Program-made: the position numbers and the translations under genes
Notes under the pieces: generated by a model
Seen by the model: the letters and a program-made list of their open reading frames with translations, nothing else
Told to the model about the DNA's origin: nothing
Database searches by the model: none
Shown: positions 11,903 through 21,421 of the stretch, piece by piece
How the letters are laid out: each line of letters starts with the position of its first letter
How positions within the stretch are numbered: position 1 is the stretch's first letter
NCBI GenBank assembly: GCA_041690395.1
Contig: JAWLHJ010000003.1
Coordinates: 544,001-608,000, forward strand
DNA: 64,000 nt
Source of the DNA: Longimicrobiales bacterium
GTDB taxonomy: Bacteria; Gemmatimonadota; Gemmatimonadetes; Longimicrobiales; Gaopeijiaceae
Direction of reading: 5' to 3'

Positions 11903-12121
11903 ATGAATAAGGATCAACTCGAAGGCAAGTGGAAGCAGATGAAGGGCCGCGCCAAGCAGAAATGGGGCAAGCTGACCGACGACGATCTCGACGAGATCCA
12001 GGGGCGACAGCAGGTCCTCGTCGGCAAGATCCAGGAACGCTACGGTCACGATCGCGAGGCTGCCACGAAAGCGGTGGACAGTTGGATGAAGGAGCAGGAC
12101 GATCGGCGCTCCTCGCACTGA
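11903..12121 (+). CDS. csbD: CsbD/YjbJ family stress protein
   Basis: MNKDQLEGKWKQMKGRAKQKWGKLTDDDLDEIQG...GKIQERYG; SD GGAGG upstream. Confidence 0.93.
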   Translation: MNKDQLEGKWKQMKGRAKQKWGKLTDDDLDEIQGRQQVLVGKIQERYGHDREAATKAVDSWMKEQDDRRSSH

Positions 12122-12177
12122 CTGACCCTCCCGTGGAGGACCATCGTCCTTCGCGACCCCGACAAGGATGGACCAAT

Positions 12178-12906
12178 ATGAAGATTCACAGAATCGCGCC
12201 CGCTGCAGGGCTGGCGCTCCTGGTGTTCGCAGGTGCCTGCGGTGACCAGTCGCGCGATACGGAGCCCGTGCAGGACGAAGCCACGGTCTCGGCCAATGAG
12301 TTCAGGGCCGCCATGAACGAGATGCGCACCGAGCTCCGGTCGACGCTCGACCAGTTCGGCTCGCAGATCTCCGACCTCGACGAGCGCTTCATGAGCACCA
12401 ACGACGAGATGGCTGCGGAGTGGGCCGAGACCCGCGAAGAGCTGAGCTCGTACCGCCAGACCTTGGAAGCCGACCTGGCCAGGCTCGAGAACGCGAGCGA
12501 GGAAGAAGCGGATCAGCTCACGGAAGGGATCGCGTCGGATCTGGAGGAGCTGACGCACAGGGTGGAGCGTGCCGAGCTCGAGTCGGTCGAGGATCCCGGG
12601 GAGTTCGTCTCCGCGGCGCAAGATCGGCTGAATCGGCTCGATCAGGACCTACGCTTGCTCGAGCAGGAGGCACAGGGGCTCCCGATGGACGCCCGCGATG
12701 AGGCTTCCGAGACCATGCAGGAGTTCAGCGCGGCCGCCGCGGAGATTCGGATGCAGCTCGAGGGGCTCGCGCAGGCTTCGGCCGAGCAGATCTCGGACGA
12801 GCGTGAAGAGATCGCGGAGGACGTGAGCTCGCTGACCGCTTCGGTCAAACGAGAGCTCTTCGAAGCACGGCAGCACACGGCCACGGCCACGAGCATGAAC
12901 AACTAG
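12178..12906 (+). CDS. Acidic coiled-coil lipoprotein
   Basis: Lipobox-type signal (LLVFAGAC), all-helical E/A/L-rich body; lies between csbD and yciF-like gene. Confidence 0.75.
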   Translation: MKIHRIAPAAGLALLVFAGACGDQSRDTEPVQDEATVSANEFRAAMNEMRTELRSTLDQFGSQISDLDERFMSTNDEMAAEWAETREELSSYRQTLEADLARLENASEEEADQLTEGIASDLEELTHRVERAELESVEDPGEFVSAAQDRLNRLDQDLRLLEQEAQGLPMDARDEASETMQEFSAAAAEIRMQLEGLAQASAEQISDEREEIAEDVSSLTASVKRELFEARQHTATATSMNN

Positions 12907-12928
12907 ACACCCATCGAGGCAACGCACT

Positions 12929-13429
12929 ATGAATCTCCAGTCACTCGACGATCTGCTCGTCCATCAGATCCAGGACATCCTCAGCGCCGAACACCAGGTG
13001 AAGAAGGCTCTTCCGCTCATGGCCAAGGCCGTCGGATCGGACAAGCTCCGCCAGGCGTTCAAGCACCACGAAAAGGAGACCGACGCACAGATCGAGAGGC
13101 TCGAGAAGGTCTTCGAGCTCATGGACCAGCCGGTATCCGCGAGCCACTGCGAGGCGGCCGAAGGGCTCATTACCGAAGCGGAGGACTACCTCGACGGAGA
13201 CGGCGACCGCGACGTGCTGGACGCCGGGCTCGTCACGGCCGCCCAGCGGTTCGAGCACTACGAGATCGCCGCGTATGGCTCGGCCATCTCCTTCGCCCGG
13301 CAGTTGAAGCACCACGAGGTGGCCGACCTTCTCGAGGAGTCTCTCGGCGAAGAGAAAGCTGCCGACGGAAAGCTCACGTCCATCGCGGAGAACGGCGTGA
13401 ACGACGCGGCCATGAAGGCGGGCAGGTAG
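12929..13429 (+). CDS. yciF: YciE/YciF ferritin-like protein (DUF892)
   Basis: SAEHQ..ALP.MA, HEKET..QIERLE, CEAAEGL, AAQRFEHYEIAAYG, EEKAADGKL. Confidence 0.92.
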   Translation: MNLQSLDDLLVHQIQDILSAEHQVKKALPLMAKAVGSDKLRQAFKHHEKETDAQIERLEKVFELMDQPVSASHCEAAEGLITEAEDYLDGDGDRDVLDAGLVTAAQRFEHYEIAAYGSAISFARQLKHHEVADLLEESLGEEKAADGKLTSIAENGVNDAAMKAGR

Positions 13430-13571
13430 GGCTCGACCAGGCTCGCATCACCGCATCACGCCCCGACGTCAGCGCCCCCCCCGGGAGCGCAGGCGTCGGG
13501 GTTTTCGCGCGTCATCCCTTCGGGTAGCGGCGCCCGTCGACGTCAGAGGTCCGTATCGATCCCGGACATTG

Positions 13572-13589
13572 ACTGACCGACCGGTCAGT
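13572..13589. promoter_or_regulatory. Palindromic operator, probably for the TetR regulator
   Basis: ACTGACCG-AC-CGGTCAGT perfect 8-bp inverted repeat overlapping a TTGACT hexamer (13569-13574). Confidence 0.7.
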
Positions 13590-13643
13590 ACGATCCTTGG
13601 CACGGACATCACGATCATCGGTGGATCGGAGGGCGCAACGCTC

Positions 13644-14225
13644 GTGAGCAAGCGCGGGGAAAAGGGACGGGCACGGGTAGTCGCCGCCGCGGCGGAAGTG
13701 TTCGAGGAGGCCGGGTTCGAGCGAGCCACCATGGCCCGCGTGGCCGAAGCCGCCGGTGTCTCCAAGGGGCTTCCGTATCACCACTTCGACAGCAAGGAAT
13801 CGCTGGGCCGCGCCGTGGTGGGCCGGCACCTCGAATCGGTCCTGGAGGTGCTGGCGGGGTGGCCGGACGGTCCGCCCGCCGACCGACTCCGCTGGTTCCT
13901 CGAACAGGCCCTGGGCCATGCGCGTACGAATCAGCGCTCGTACCGGCTCTACCTCTCGCTCGCACTCCAACCCTCCACGCGGACGATGGTCATGGAGGAA
14001 GTCGCGCGGCGACATGACGCCCTGGCCGCCGTCGACACGCATCTGGAACGAATCTTCGCTGCTCTCGGGCATCCGAATCCCGAGACGGAAGCGCTCGTGC
14101 TCCGGGCGACCGTGGACGGGCTGATCCAGTATCTGCTCATGGCCCCCGATCAGTTCCCGGTGCAGGAGGCCGTTGCACGCCTCATGAGCCTGCACGGCGC
14201 GCGCGACCACGGAGCGGACGCATGA
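13644..14225 (+). CDS. TetR/AcrR family transcriptional regulator
   Basis: AAAEVFEEAGFERATMARVAEAAGVSKGLPYHHFDSKE HTH; GTG start at 13644 after GGAGGG. Confidence 0.92.
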   Translation: MSKRGEKGRARVVAAAAEVFEEAGFERATMARVAEAAGVSKGLPYHHFDSKESLGRAVVGRHLESVLEVLAGWPDGPPADRLRWFLEQALGHARTNQRSYRLYLSLALQPSTRTMVMEEVARRHDALAAVDTHLERIFAALGHPNPETEALVLRATVDGLIQYLLMAPDQFPVQEAVARLMSLHGARDHGADA

Positions 14226-15481
14226 GCCGGATCGTCCTCACCAGCTTCGGGTCGTTCGGCGACGTGAATCCATACCTCGGCCTGGGACGCGCGCTGAAGG
14301 CCCGGGGGCACGACGTGCTGCTCGCCGTGCCGGGTACGTACGGAGAAGCGGTCGAGCGCGAGGGGCTCGCCCACCACGCCGTCCGACCGGACCTGGACAT
14401 CCACGACCGGGCTTTCGCCGCCCGGATCATGGATCCGGTCCGCGGAACCGAGGTGACGTTCGGTGAGGTGCTGCTCCCCAACCTGGAAAGGACGGTCGAC
14501 GACCTCACCGAGGCCGTGCGCGGCGCCGACCTGCTCGTGACGCACCCGGCCTCCCTCGCCGGACCGATCGTCGCCGAGGAGCGCGGGCTCCGGTGGGCCT
14601 CCACGGTCCTTGCGCCCATGTCGTTCTTCTCGCGGTTCGACCCCGTCGTTCCGGCCCCGGCCCCGTGGATGCACGCAGTGACCTCACGCTCCCTCACGGC
14701 GTCGCGCATCTTCCGCTGGCAGACGGAGCGGCTGACCCGGAAATGGGCGCAGCCCGTACGCGACTTCCGGCTCTCCCGGGGGCTTCCGGCGGGCGACAAC
14801 GCGATCCTCGACGGGCAGCACTCACCGCATCTGGTGCTGGGGCTCTTCTCGCGCGTCCTGGGTGAGCCCCAACCGGACTGGCCGGAACACGTGGTCGTCA
14901 CAGGGGCGGTCCTCTACAACGGGCCCGGACCCGCCGAGCTCCCCGCTGAGCTCGAGGCCTTCCTCCGGGACGGCGATCCACCCCTGGTTTTCACCCTCGG
15001 GACGTCGGCCGTCGGCTCCGCCGGACCGTTCTACGACGTGAGCGCCGCCGTTGTGGATCGGCTCGGACGGAGGGCCGTGCTGCTCGCGGGGCGGCACACC
15101 GAGAACCGTCCCGAGCGCTTGGATCCGACGCGCGTATTCGTGGCGGACTTCGCCCGGCACGACGCCATCTTCCCACGCGCGTGCGCGATCGTTCACCAAG
15201 GCGGTGCCGGCACCCTCCATCAGGCGCTTCGCGCGGGGCGCCCCACGCTCATCGTGCCCCACGCTCACGACCAGCCCGACAACGCCCATCGAGCGGAGCG
15301 TCTCGGAGTCTCTCGTACCTTGCGTCCCTCGCGGTACCGGCCCGATCGCGTGGAGGCCGAGATCGGAGCCCTGCTCGAGCAGGCGTCGTACCGAGAGCGC
15401 GCCAGGCAGGTCGCCATGACGGTGGCGGCCGAGCCAGGCGTGGACGGAGCGGTCCGTGCGATCGAGGCTCTGTTGACCTGA
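14222..15481 (+). CDS. GT1 family UDP-glycosyltransferase (RhlB/sterol GT-like)
   Basis: GSFGDVNPYLGLG..L..RGH; VFTLGT; HQGGAGT, PHAHDQPDNA; ATGA overlap with TetR gene. Confidence 0.92.
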   Translation: MSRIVLTSFGSFGDVNPYLGLGRALKARGHDVLLAVPGTYGEAVEREGLAHHAVRPDLDIHDRAFAARIMDPVRGTEVTFGEVLLPNLERTVDDLTEAVRGADLLVTHPASLAGPIVAEERGLRWASTVLAPMSFFSRFDPVVPAPAPWMHAVTSRSLTASRIFRWQTERLTRKWAQPVRDFRLSRGLPAGDNAILDGQHSPHLVLGLFSRVLGEPQPDWPEHVVVTGAVLYNGPGPAELPAELEAFLRDGDPPLVFTLGTSAVGSAGPFYDVSAAVVDRLGRRAVLLAGRHTENRPERLDPTRVFVADFARHDAIFPRACAIVHQGGAGTLHQALRAGRPTLIVPHAHDQPDNAHRAERLGVSRTLRPSRYRPDRVEAEIGALLEQASYRERARQVAMTVAAEPGVDGAVRAIEALLT

Positions 15482-15605
15482 CGAGTGCCGAGCGGACTCA
15501 TCGGAAACGTCAGAGCTTCGTAAAGGCGCGGGACCTTGAGCGCTCGTTTGGGTAGGCCGAGTGTCCCGAACCCCGGCCGACCACCGACAAGCGACCGTAG
15601 CCGAC

Positions 15606-16931
15606 ATGGATCTGACGCTGCCCTCCGCCGTCCCGACGAGACTCCGCCCGCTCACGGTCGCCTGTCTCTCCATCCTGGCATCGTTCGCGGGAAGCTCGCA
15701 GCCGGCCGCCTCGCAGGTGCCCGGGGCGTTGGAGATGCCTGAACGGCTGGCCGTCTTCCTGGACTGCAACTTCTGCGACGAGACGTTCATCCGGCAGGAG
15801 ATGGCGTACGTGGATTACGTGCGCGATCGGGAGGTGGCCGACGTCCACGTTCTGGTGACCCAGCAGAACACCGGCGCGGGGGGCGAGGCCCAGACCTTCG
15901 ACATCATCGGCCTGGGTCCCTTCCTCGGTATGGATTACTCGACCGTCTACACGACGAACGTGAGCGCGACGGAAGCCGAGGAGCGGGACGGGTTCCTCCG
16001 CACCCTGCAGGCGGTCCTCGTCCCCTATCTCATGCAGACCCCCGTCGGGCAGCGCCTGAGGGTCGAAGTGGATGCCACGGAGGAGGCGGGGTCCGCACAG
16101 GCTCGGCCCCAGGACGACCCCTGGGACCACTGGACCATCGAGATCTACGCGGACGGCAGCGCGGACTTCGAGTCCCAGCAGCAGTCCTTCGACACCCGCT
16201 ACGGAATCTACGCCAACCGGGTGACGGAAGACTGGAAGATCCAGCTCCGGCCGTTCTTCAACTACAACTACGATCGCTTCGAGCGGGATGACGAGACGAT
16301 CAAGAGCACGTCCCGACGCGACGGCTTCACGACGTACGCCGTGCGCAGCATCTCACCGCACTGGTCGGTGGGCGGGTTCGGTGACCTCTTCACGTCGACC
16401 TTCGATAACGTGGACATTCGCTACCGCCTGATGCCGGCCGTGGAGTGGAGCCTGTATCCATACCGGGAAGCCACCCGGCGCCAACTCACCGTCGCCTATC
16501 GGGCGGGCTTCTCGCATATCACGTATCAGGACACGACGATCTACAACGAGATCCAGCAGCTTCTGCCGGAGCACACGTTGACGGCCGGCTACGAAGTGAC
16601 GCAGCCCTGGGGACAGATCGATCTCGGCGTGAACGCCTCGCAGTACCTGCACGAGCTCGAGCGCTACAGCGTCCGGTTCAACGGCAGCTTCGACGTGCGC
16701 GTCACGCAGGGGCTGTCGATCGAGCTCGGGGGGAACGTGGCGTTCATCCACAACCAGCTCAATCTCCCGCGGGGCGACGCCGATCTGGAAGAGGTTCTCC
16801 TACGACGCCGCCAGCTGGAGACCAATTACCAGGCCGGGCTCAGCTTCGGACTTCGCTACCGGTTCGGGTCGATCTACAACAACATCGTGAACCCGCGCTT
16901 CGGCGGAGGCGGGTCGCAGGACCGGTTCTGA
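15606..16931 (+). CDS. Exported, probable outer-membrane beta-barrel protein
   Basis: Signal-like N-terminus, VFLDCNFCD, YVRDREVADVHVL, aromatic beta-strand C-terminus GLRYRFGSIYNNIVNPRF. Confidence 0.7.
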   Translation: MDLTLPSAVPTRLRPLTVACLSILASFAGSSQPAASQVPGALEMPERLAVFLDCNFCDETFIRQEMAYVDYVRDREVADVHVLVTQQNTGAGGEAQTFDIIGLGPFLGMDYSTVYTTNVSATEAEERDGFLRTLQAVLVPYLMQTPVGQRLRVEVDATEEAGSAQARPQDDPWDHWTIEIYADGSADFESQQQSFDTRYGIYANRVTEDWKIQLRPFFNYNYDRFERDDETIKSTSRRDGFTTYAVRSISPHWSVGGFGDLFTSTFDNVDIRYRLMPAVEWSLYPYREATRRQLTVAYRAGFSHITYQDTTIYNEIQQLLPEHTLTAGYEVTQPWGQIDLGVNASQYLHELERYSVRFNGSFDVRVTQGLSIELGGNVAFIHNQLNLPRGDADLEEVLLRRRQLETNYQAGLSFGLRYRFGSIYNNIVNPRFGGGGSQDRF

Positions 16932-17065
16932 CGGCGGGTCCGGTGGGATCGACAGGGCCGGCCGGGTGCCGCATGTTGAGCGACCGGACCCCGTAGCCGA
17001 GTCCATCGCGACATCTCTTCGGGATCATCCGATGTAGGCATTCATGCCCCGGTGAGGGTGTTGCC

Positions 17066-19459
17066 ATGTCGATAGGCAGCCATGCCAGCCAACGGGTCCC
17101 CTGCTACTGCGCCATGTGCGTGTCCCGGTGCGGAGCGGCCGCGGTCGTCGAGGACGGACGCTTCGTGACGCTCGAGCCGGATCCCCGGCATCCCACGGGC
17201 CGGGCGTTGTGCGCCAAGGGCCGCGCGGCTCCGGAGCTGGTCTACCACCCGGACCGCCTGCTCTACCCGCAGAAGCGGACACGGCCCAAGGGCGATCCCG
17301 ACCCGGGCTGGACCCGCATCGGCTGGGACGAGGCGCTGGACGTGACGGCGGCGGCCCTGCGAAAGATCGCCGCCGAATCGGGCCCGGAGAGCGTCGCGTT
17401 CACCATCGCTTCCCCGTCCACGTCGGCGTCGGCAGACGCGTTGGTCTGGATCGAGCGGTTGAGACGCGCGTTCGGCAGTCCGAACGAATCGGTCTCGATG
17501 GAGCTGTGTGGCTGGGGCAGGTACGGCGCCACGGCCTATACCTACGGCGCGAGCGTACCCGGGGCGTACATGCCCGATCTCGAGAACGCCGGCTGCATCC
17601 TCTTCTGGGGTTACAACCCCAACGTCGCCCGACTCTCCCATGCGGTCACCACCACGGAGGCGCTCCAGCAGGGCGCGCGCCTCATCGTGGTCGACCCGCG
17701 CCGCGCCGGACCGGCCAACAAGGCCGACGTATGGCTTCGCGTCCGGCCCGGTACGGACGGCGCGCTCGCGCTCGGCATGGCGCACCTGATGATCGAGCGC
17801 GGCTGGTACGACCGGGACTTCGTGCGTGACTGGACCGACGCGCCACTGTTGGTGCGTGCCGACAACGGACGACGCCTGACGGAGCAGGATCTCTCGGGGG
17901 ATTGCGGCCGTGCCCGGCATCTGGTCTGGAGCGAGGCCGCGGGTGGCCCGGTTCCGTGCCGACCGGAGAACGGCGCGCTCGAGAGCCATGACGAGCCGGC
18001 ACTGTTCGGGGAGTTCCGGGTCGACACGGCCGAGGGCACGGTGGTGTGCACACCCGCGTTCGCGCTCGTCGCCGAGCTGTGCGGGCGATACACGCCCGAG
18101 CGAATCGAGGAGATCTGCGGCGTCGAGGCACGGCAGGTGGAAGCGGCCACCCGACTGCTCTGGGAGGCCCGTCCGGTCGCGTATTATGCCTGGAGCGGCG
18201 TCGAGATGCAGTCCAACGCTACTCAGATCGCGCGCGCGATCGGCCAGCTGTACGCGCTCACGGGGAGCCTGGACGCCCGCGGGGGCAACGTGCTCTTCGG
18301 GGCGGTGCCTACCGAGGACGTCGGTGGCCACGAGCTCCTCCCGGCGGAGCGGCGTGAGCGTGCGCTCGGCATGCCGGACCGTCCCCTGGGTCCGGCCCGG
18401 CTGCAACACGTCACTTCGGGCGAGATCTACCGAGGCATCGTGGAGAAGGAGCCCTACCCGGTCCGAGGGCTCGTCGGATTCGGGGCGAACCTGCTCCTGG
18501 CCCACGCCGACGGACGGCGGGGTCGGGAGGCGCTGTCCCGACTGGATTTCTACGTGCACGCGGACCTCTTCATGAACCCCACGGCGGAGCTCGCCGACAT
18601 CGTGCTTCCGGTGGCGAGCCCCTTCGAGCGCGAGGCGCTCAAGGTCGGCTTCGAAGTGAGCGCGGAGGCTCAGTCCTTCGTGCAGCTCCGTCCGCCGGTC
18701 GTCCACCCGCGAGGTGAGGCCCGCTCCGACATGGAGATCGTCTTCGACCTCGCGTGCCGTCTCGGACTGGGCGCGCACTTCTGGGATGGGAACATCGATG
18801 CGGCATATCGCCACCAGCTCCGGCCCTCGGGCCTCTCCCTCGAGAAGCTCCGCGCGACGCCGGGAGGGATCCGCGTTCCGGTCGAGACACGGTACCGGAA
18901 GTTCGCCGAGCTCGTGGATGATGCCCCGCGCGGCTTCGCCACACCGACCGGCCGAGTCGAGATGTACTCCGAGACCATGCTGGCAAACGGATACCCTGCC
19001 CTGCCCGATTACGAGCCGCCGCTCGTGGGTCCGGACACGAGGCCCGACCTGCTCGAGCGGTACCCCCTCGTCCTCACGTGCGCGAAGCATACGCTTTTCT
19101 GCGAGAGCCAGCATCGGGCCCTCCCGAGCCTCCGGCGACGCGCGCCCGACCCGGAAGTCGAGCTGCACCCGACGGCCGCCGCGGAACGCGCCATCCGACC
19201 TGGTGACTGGGTCCGCATCGAGACGCCCCTCGGCGGCGTTCGCGCGAGGGCCCGCTTCAACGAGACCCTTCAGCCCGATGTCGTCTGCGGGCAGCACGGG
19301 TGGTGGCAGGCTTGTGCCGACATCGGCGCACCGGCCTACGACCCGTTCGGCCCGGACGGCGCGAACTACAACCTGCTGATCGGCCGGGACGCAACCGACC
19401 CGGTGAGCGGCTCGGTACCCCACCGCGCCTACCTGTGCGAGATCCGGCGGGAGGAGTGA
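17066..19459 (+). CDS. Molybdopterin (bis-MGD) oxidoreductase catalytic subunit with N-terminal 4Fe-4S site
   Basis: CAMCVSRC...LCAKG, HPDRLLYP, IGWDEAL, VVDPR, RPGTDGALA, TAELADIVLP, molybdopterin dinucleotide-binding C-terminal domain; no Tat signal. Confidence 0.92.
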   Translation: MSIGSHASQRVPCYCAMCVSRCGAAAVVEDGRFVTLEPDPRHPTGRALCAKGRAAPELVYHPDRLLYPQKRTRPKGDPDPGWTRIGWDEALDVTAAALRKIAAESGPESVAFTIASPSTSASADALVWIERLRRAFGSPNESVSMELCGWGRYGATAYTYGASVPGAYMPDLENAGCILFWGYNPNVARLSHAVTTTEALQQGARLIVVDPRRAGPANKADVWLRVRPGTDGALALGMAHLMIERGWYDRDFVRDWTDAPLLVRADNGRRLTEQDLSGDCGRARHLVWSEAAGGPVPCRPENGALESHDEPALFGEFRVDTAEGTVVCTPAFALVAELCGRYTPERIEEICGVEARQVEAATRLLWEARPVAYYAWSGVEMQSNATQIARAIGQLYALTGSLDARGGNVLFGAVPTEDVGGHELLPAERRERALGMPDRPLGPARLQHVTSGEIYRGIVEKEPYPVRGLVGFGANLLLAHADGRRGREALSRLDFYVHADLFMNPTAELADIVLPVASPFEREALKVGFEVSAEAQSFVQLRPPVVHPRGEARSDMEIVFDLACRLGLGAHFWDGNIDAAYRHQLRPSGLSLEKLRATPGGIRVPVETRYRKFAELVDDAPRGFATPTGRVEMYSETMLANGYPALPDYEPPLVGPDTRPDLLERYPLVLTCAKHTLFCESQHRALPSLRRRAPDPEVELHPTAAAERAIRPGDWVRIETPLGGVRARARFNETLQPDVVCGQHGWWQACADIGAPAYDPFGPDGANYNLLIGRDATDPVSGSVPHRAYLCEIRREE

Positions 19460-19524
19460 CGGGCTCGGCCGCCGCGTTCGCTACGTTCCTGGGAGGGCAG
19501 CCGCACTCGGGCAGGAGGACTCGC

Positions 19525-20415
19525 ATGGACGTGGTCTGGTCACCGGATTACGAGGTGGACATCGGCACGCATGTCTTTCCCACGCGGAAGTACCGGTTGG
19601 TGAAGGAGAAGCTCGTGGAGGAGGGTACGCTGGACCCGGGAGATCTGGTGCAGCCTTCGCCGCCTACGCGTCAGGTCCTGGCCCGCGTGCATTCCGAGAC
19701 CTATCTGCGGAAGATCGAGGACGGGAACTTCACCCTCGCCGAGCAGCTCAAGCTCGAGGTGCCGTTCTCACCGGCGCTGCGGGACGCCATGACGCTCTGC
19801 TGCGGGGGCACGCTGGAGGCGGCGAGGCGCGCTCTGGACTCTGGGGTAGCCGTGCATCTGGGAGGGGGATTCCACCACGCCTTCGCCGATCACGGCGAAG
19901 GCTTCTGCCTGCTGAACGACGTGGCGGTGGCCGCCCGGGCAGTGCTGGCCGAGGGCCTCGTGGAGAGGGTGGCCGTCGTGGACCTGGACGTCCACCAGGG
20001 TAACGGCACGGCAGCCATCTTCGCCGAGGACCCCGCCGTGTTCACCTTTTCCATGCACCAGGAGAACAACTATCCGGCCGTGAAACCTCCCGGCGATCTC
20101 GACGTGGGGTTGGACGACGGCACGTCGGACAGGCGGTACCTCGAGATCCTCGAGGAGAACCTCGGGCACGTCTGGGAGCACGGCCCCGAGCTGGTGATCT
20201 ACCTGGCGGGGGCGGACCCCTACCGGGAGGACCAGCTGGGGGGGCTCGGGCTTACGCTGGAGGGTCTCCGGGAGCGGGACCGCGCGGTGCTTCAGGGGTG
20301 CCGTGGACAGGGCGTGCCGGTGGCCGTGACCCTCGCCGGCGGCTACGCCGTCGACACGGAGGACACCGTGGAGATCCACTGCGGCACGGTACGAGAAGCG
20401 ATCCGGGCGTCCTGA
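19525..20415 (+). CDS. Histone deacetylase family (Zn-dependent) protein
   Basis: GGGFHHA, GFCLLND, DLDVHQGNGT, AGADPYREDQLG, AGGY; SD GGAGG. Confidence 0.93.
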   Translation: MDVVWSPDYEVDIGTHVFPTRKYRLVKEKLVEEGTLDPGDLVQPSPPTRQVLARVHSETYLRKIEDGNFTLAEQLKLEVPFSPALRDAMTLCCGGTLEAARRALDSGVAVHLGGGFHHAFADHGEGFCLLNDVAVAARAVLAEGLVERVAVVDLDVHQGNGTAAIFAEDPAVFTFSMHQENNYPAVKPPGDLDVGLDDGTSDRRYLEILEENLGHVWEHGPELVIYLAGADPYREDQLGGLGLTLEGLRERDRAVLQGCRGQGVPVAVTLAGGYAVDTEDTVEIHCGTVREAIRAS

Positions 20416-20436
20416 GCGGCGGCCGGCCGGGCCGGG

Positions 20437-21288
20437 TCAAGGATGCCGTCCGTCCGAGGAGGCCGCCCGAAGCAGCCAGATCGTCGCGGCTCCCGTGAAC
20501 ACCGCGAGCGTGCCCCAGACCGGGAGCTCCCCAGGCGGCTCCGCCAGGCCGCGACGGAGAAAGAGGCCCGCGTTCAGGGTGAGCACGGTCAGATAGAGTG
20601 TCGCCTGGACCGCCGCGACCGAGGCGATGACGGCTCCCCAGGGCCGCGCCCGCCATAGCAAATAACCGCCGCAGAGGAGCGCGGGCACCATGAGGGTCAG
20701 ATCCAGGCCGGCGACCAGGCGGAACGCAGCCGGGTCGTCGGCCGGAGCCGAGGCGCCGAAAAAGAGGTGCGCGGCCCACATGACCATCCAGACGGCCGTG
20801 AGTCCGAGCGCGACGAACATCAAGTATCCCCCGACCCAGCGTGTGGGGGCGTCGCTTCGGAACGATGCGGCCACCGTCCGCGCATCGGTGGCGACCAGCC
20901 CGAGAATCAGGCCGACGCCGGCGATCACCACGGCGGCGACATAGAGGGGAAAGAGAGCGTTGAGCGCCGCACCCAGCAGATAGAACGCGTAGTTGTAGAG
21001 GCCGTAGCCGAGCCCCCCCAACCAGAGCAGACGGCCACGCACCGACCCGACACGCTCGAGCCCGATTCCCGTAAGGACGGTCGGAATGGCCAGGAGCAGG
21101 GTCACCAGATCGTTTCCGAGCCACGTCTCGGCGACGTAGCCCGTGTCTCGATAATGCCCGGGAGCCATCAAGCCCGCCCCGGCCTGGAGCAGCATCGCAC
21201 CCGCGAGCGTGCCGGCGAGCTTCAGGGCCAGATCGAGTGTTCCGGTCGGAGGCTTCTCCCTATCGAAGGCTACGAAGGATCCGTGCAT
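20437..21288 (-). CDS. Multi-pass integral membrane protein, paralogue of 10710..11633
   Basis: GNDLVTLLLAIP / GSVRGRLLWLG / LYNYAFY / NALFPLYVAAV / GLDL. Confidence 0.75.
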   Translation of the reverse strand: MHGSFVAFDREKPPTGTLDLALKLAGTLAGAMLLQAGAGLMAPGHYRDTGYVAETWLGNDLVTLLLAIPTVLTGIGLERVGSVRGRLLWLGGLGYGLYNYAFYLLGAALNALFPLYVAAVVIAGVGLILGLVATDARTVAASFRSDAPTRWVGGYLMFVALGLTAVWMVMWAAHLFFGASAPADDPAAFRLVAGLDLTLMVPALLCGGYLLWRARPWGAVIASVAAVQATLYLTVLTLNAGLFLRRGLAEPPGELPVWGTLAVFTGAATIWLLRAASSDGRHP

Positions 21289-21421
21289 GCATCTCCTCGA
21301 CTTCGGCTCGCGACGGGGGGCAGTCCACTCCTGCGCCCCGCTCGATTGGACTTCGCTGACCCGCCCCGTACGATTCGACGATTGAAGGGTTCCCCCCCAC
21401 TCCTTTCCCGAGGAGGCGCAC

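Noticed and set aside
16932..17065. Moco/Wco riboswitch before the molybdoenzyme
   Set aside because: No recognisable conserved elements by eye; an Rfam covariance search would be needed
17066..19459. Acetylene hydratase, nitrate reductase or formate dehydrogenase assignment
   Set aside because: Lacks the acetylene hydratase Asp after the second Fe-S Cys, has no partner subunits and no clade-specific motifs I can verify
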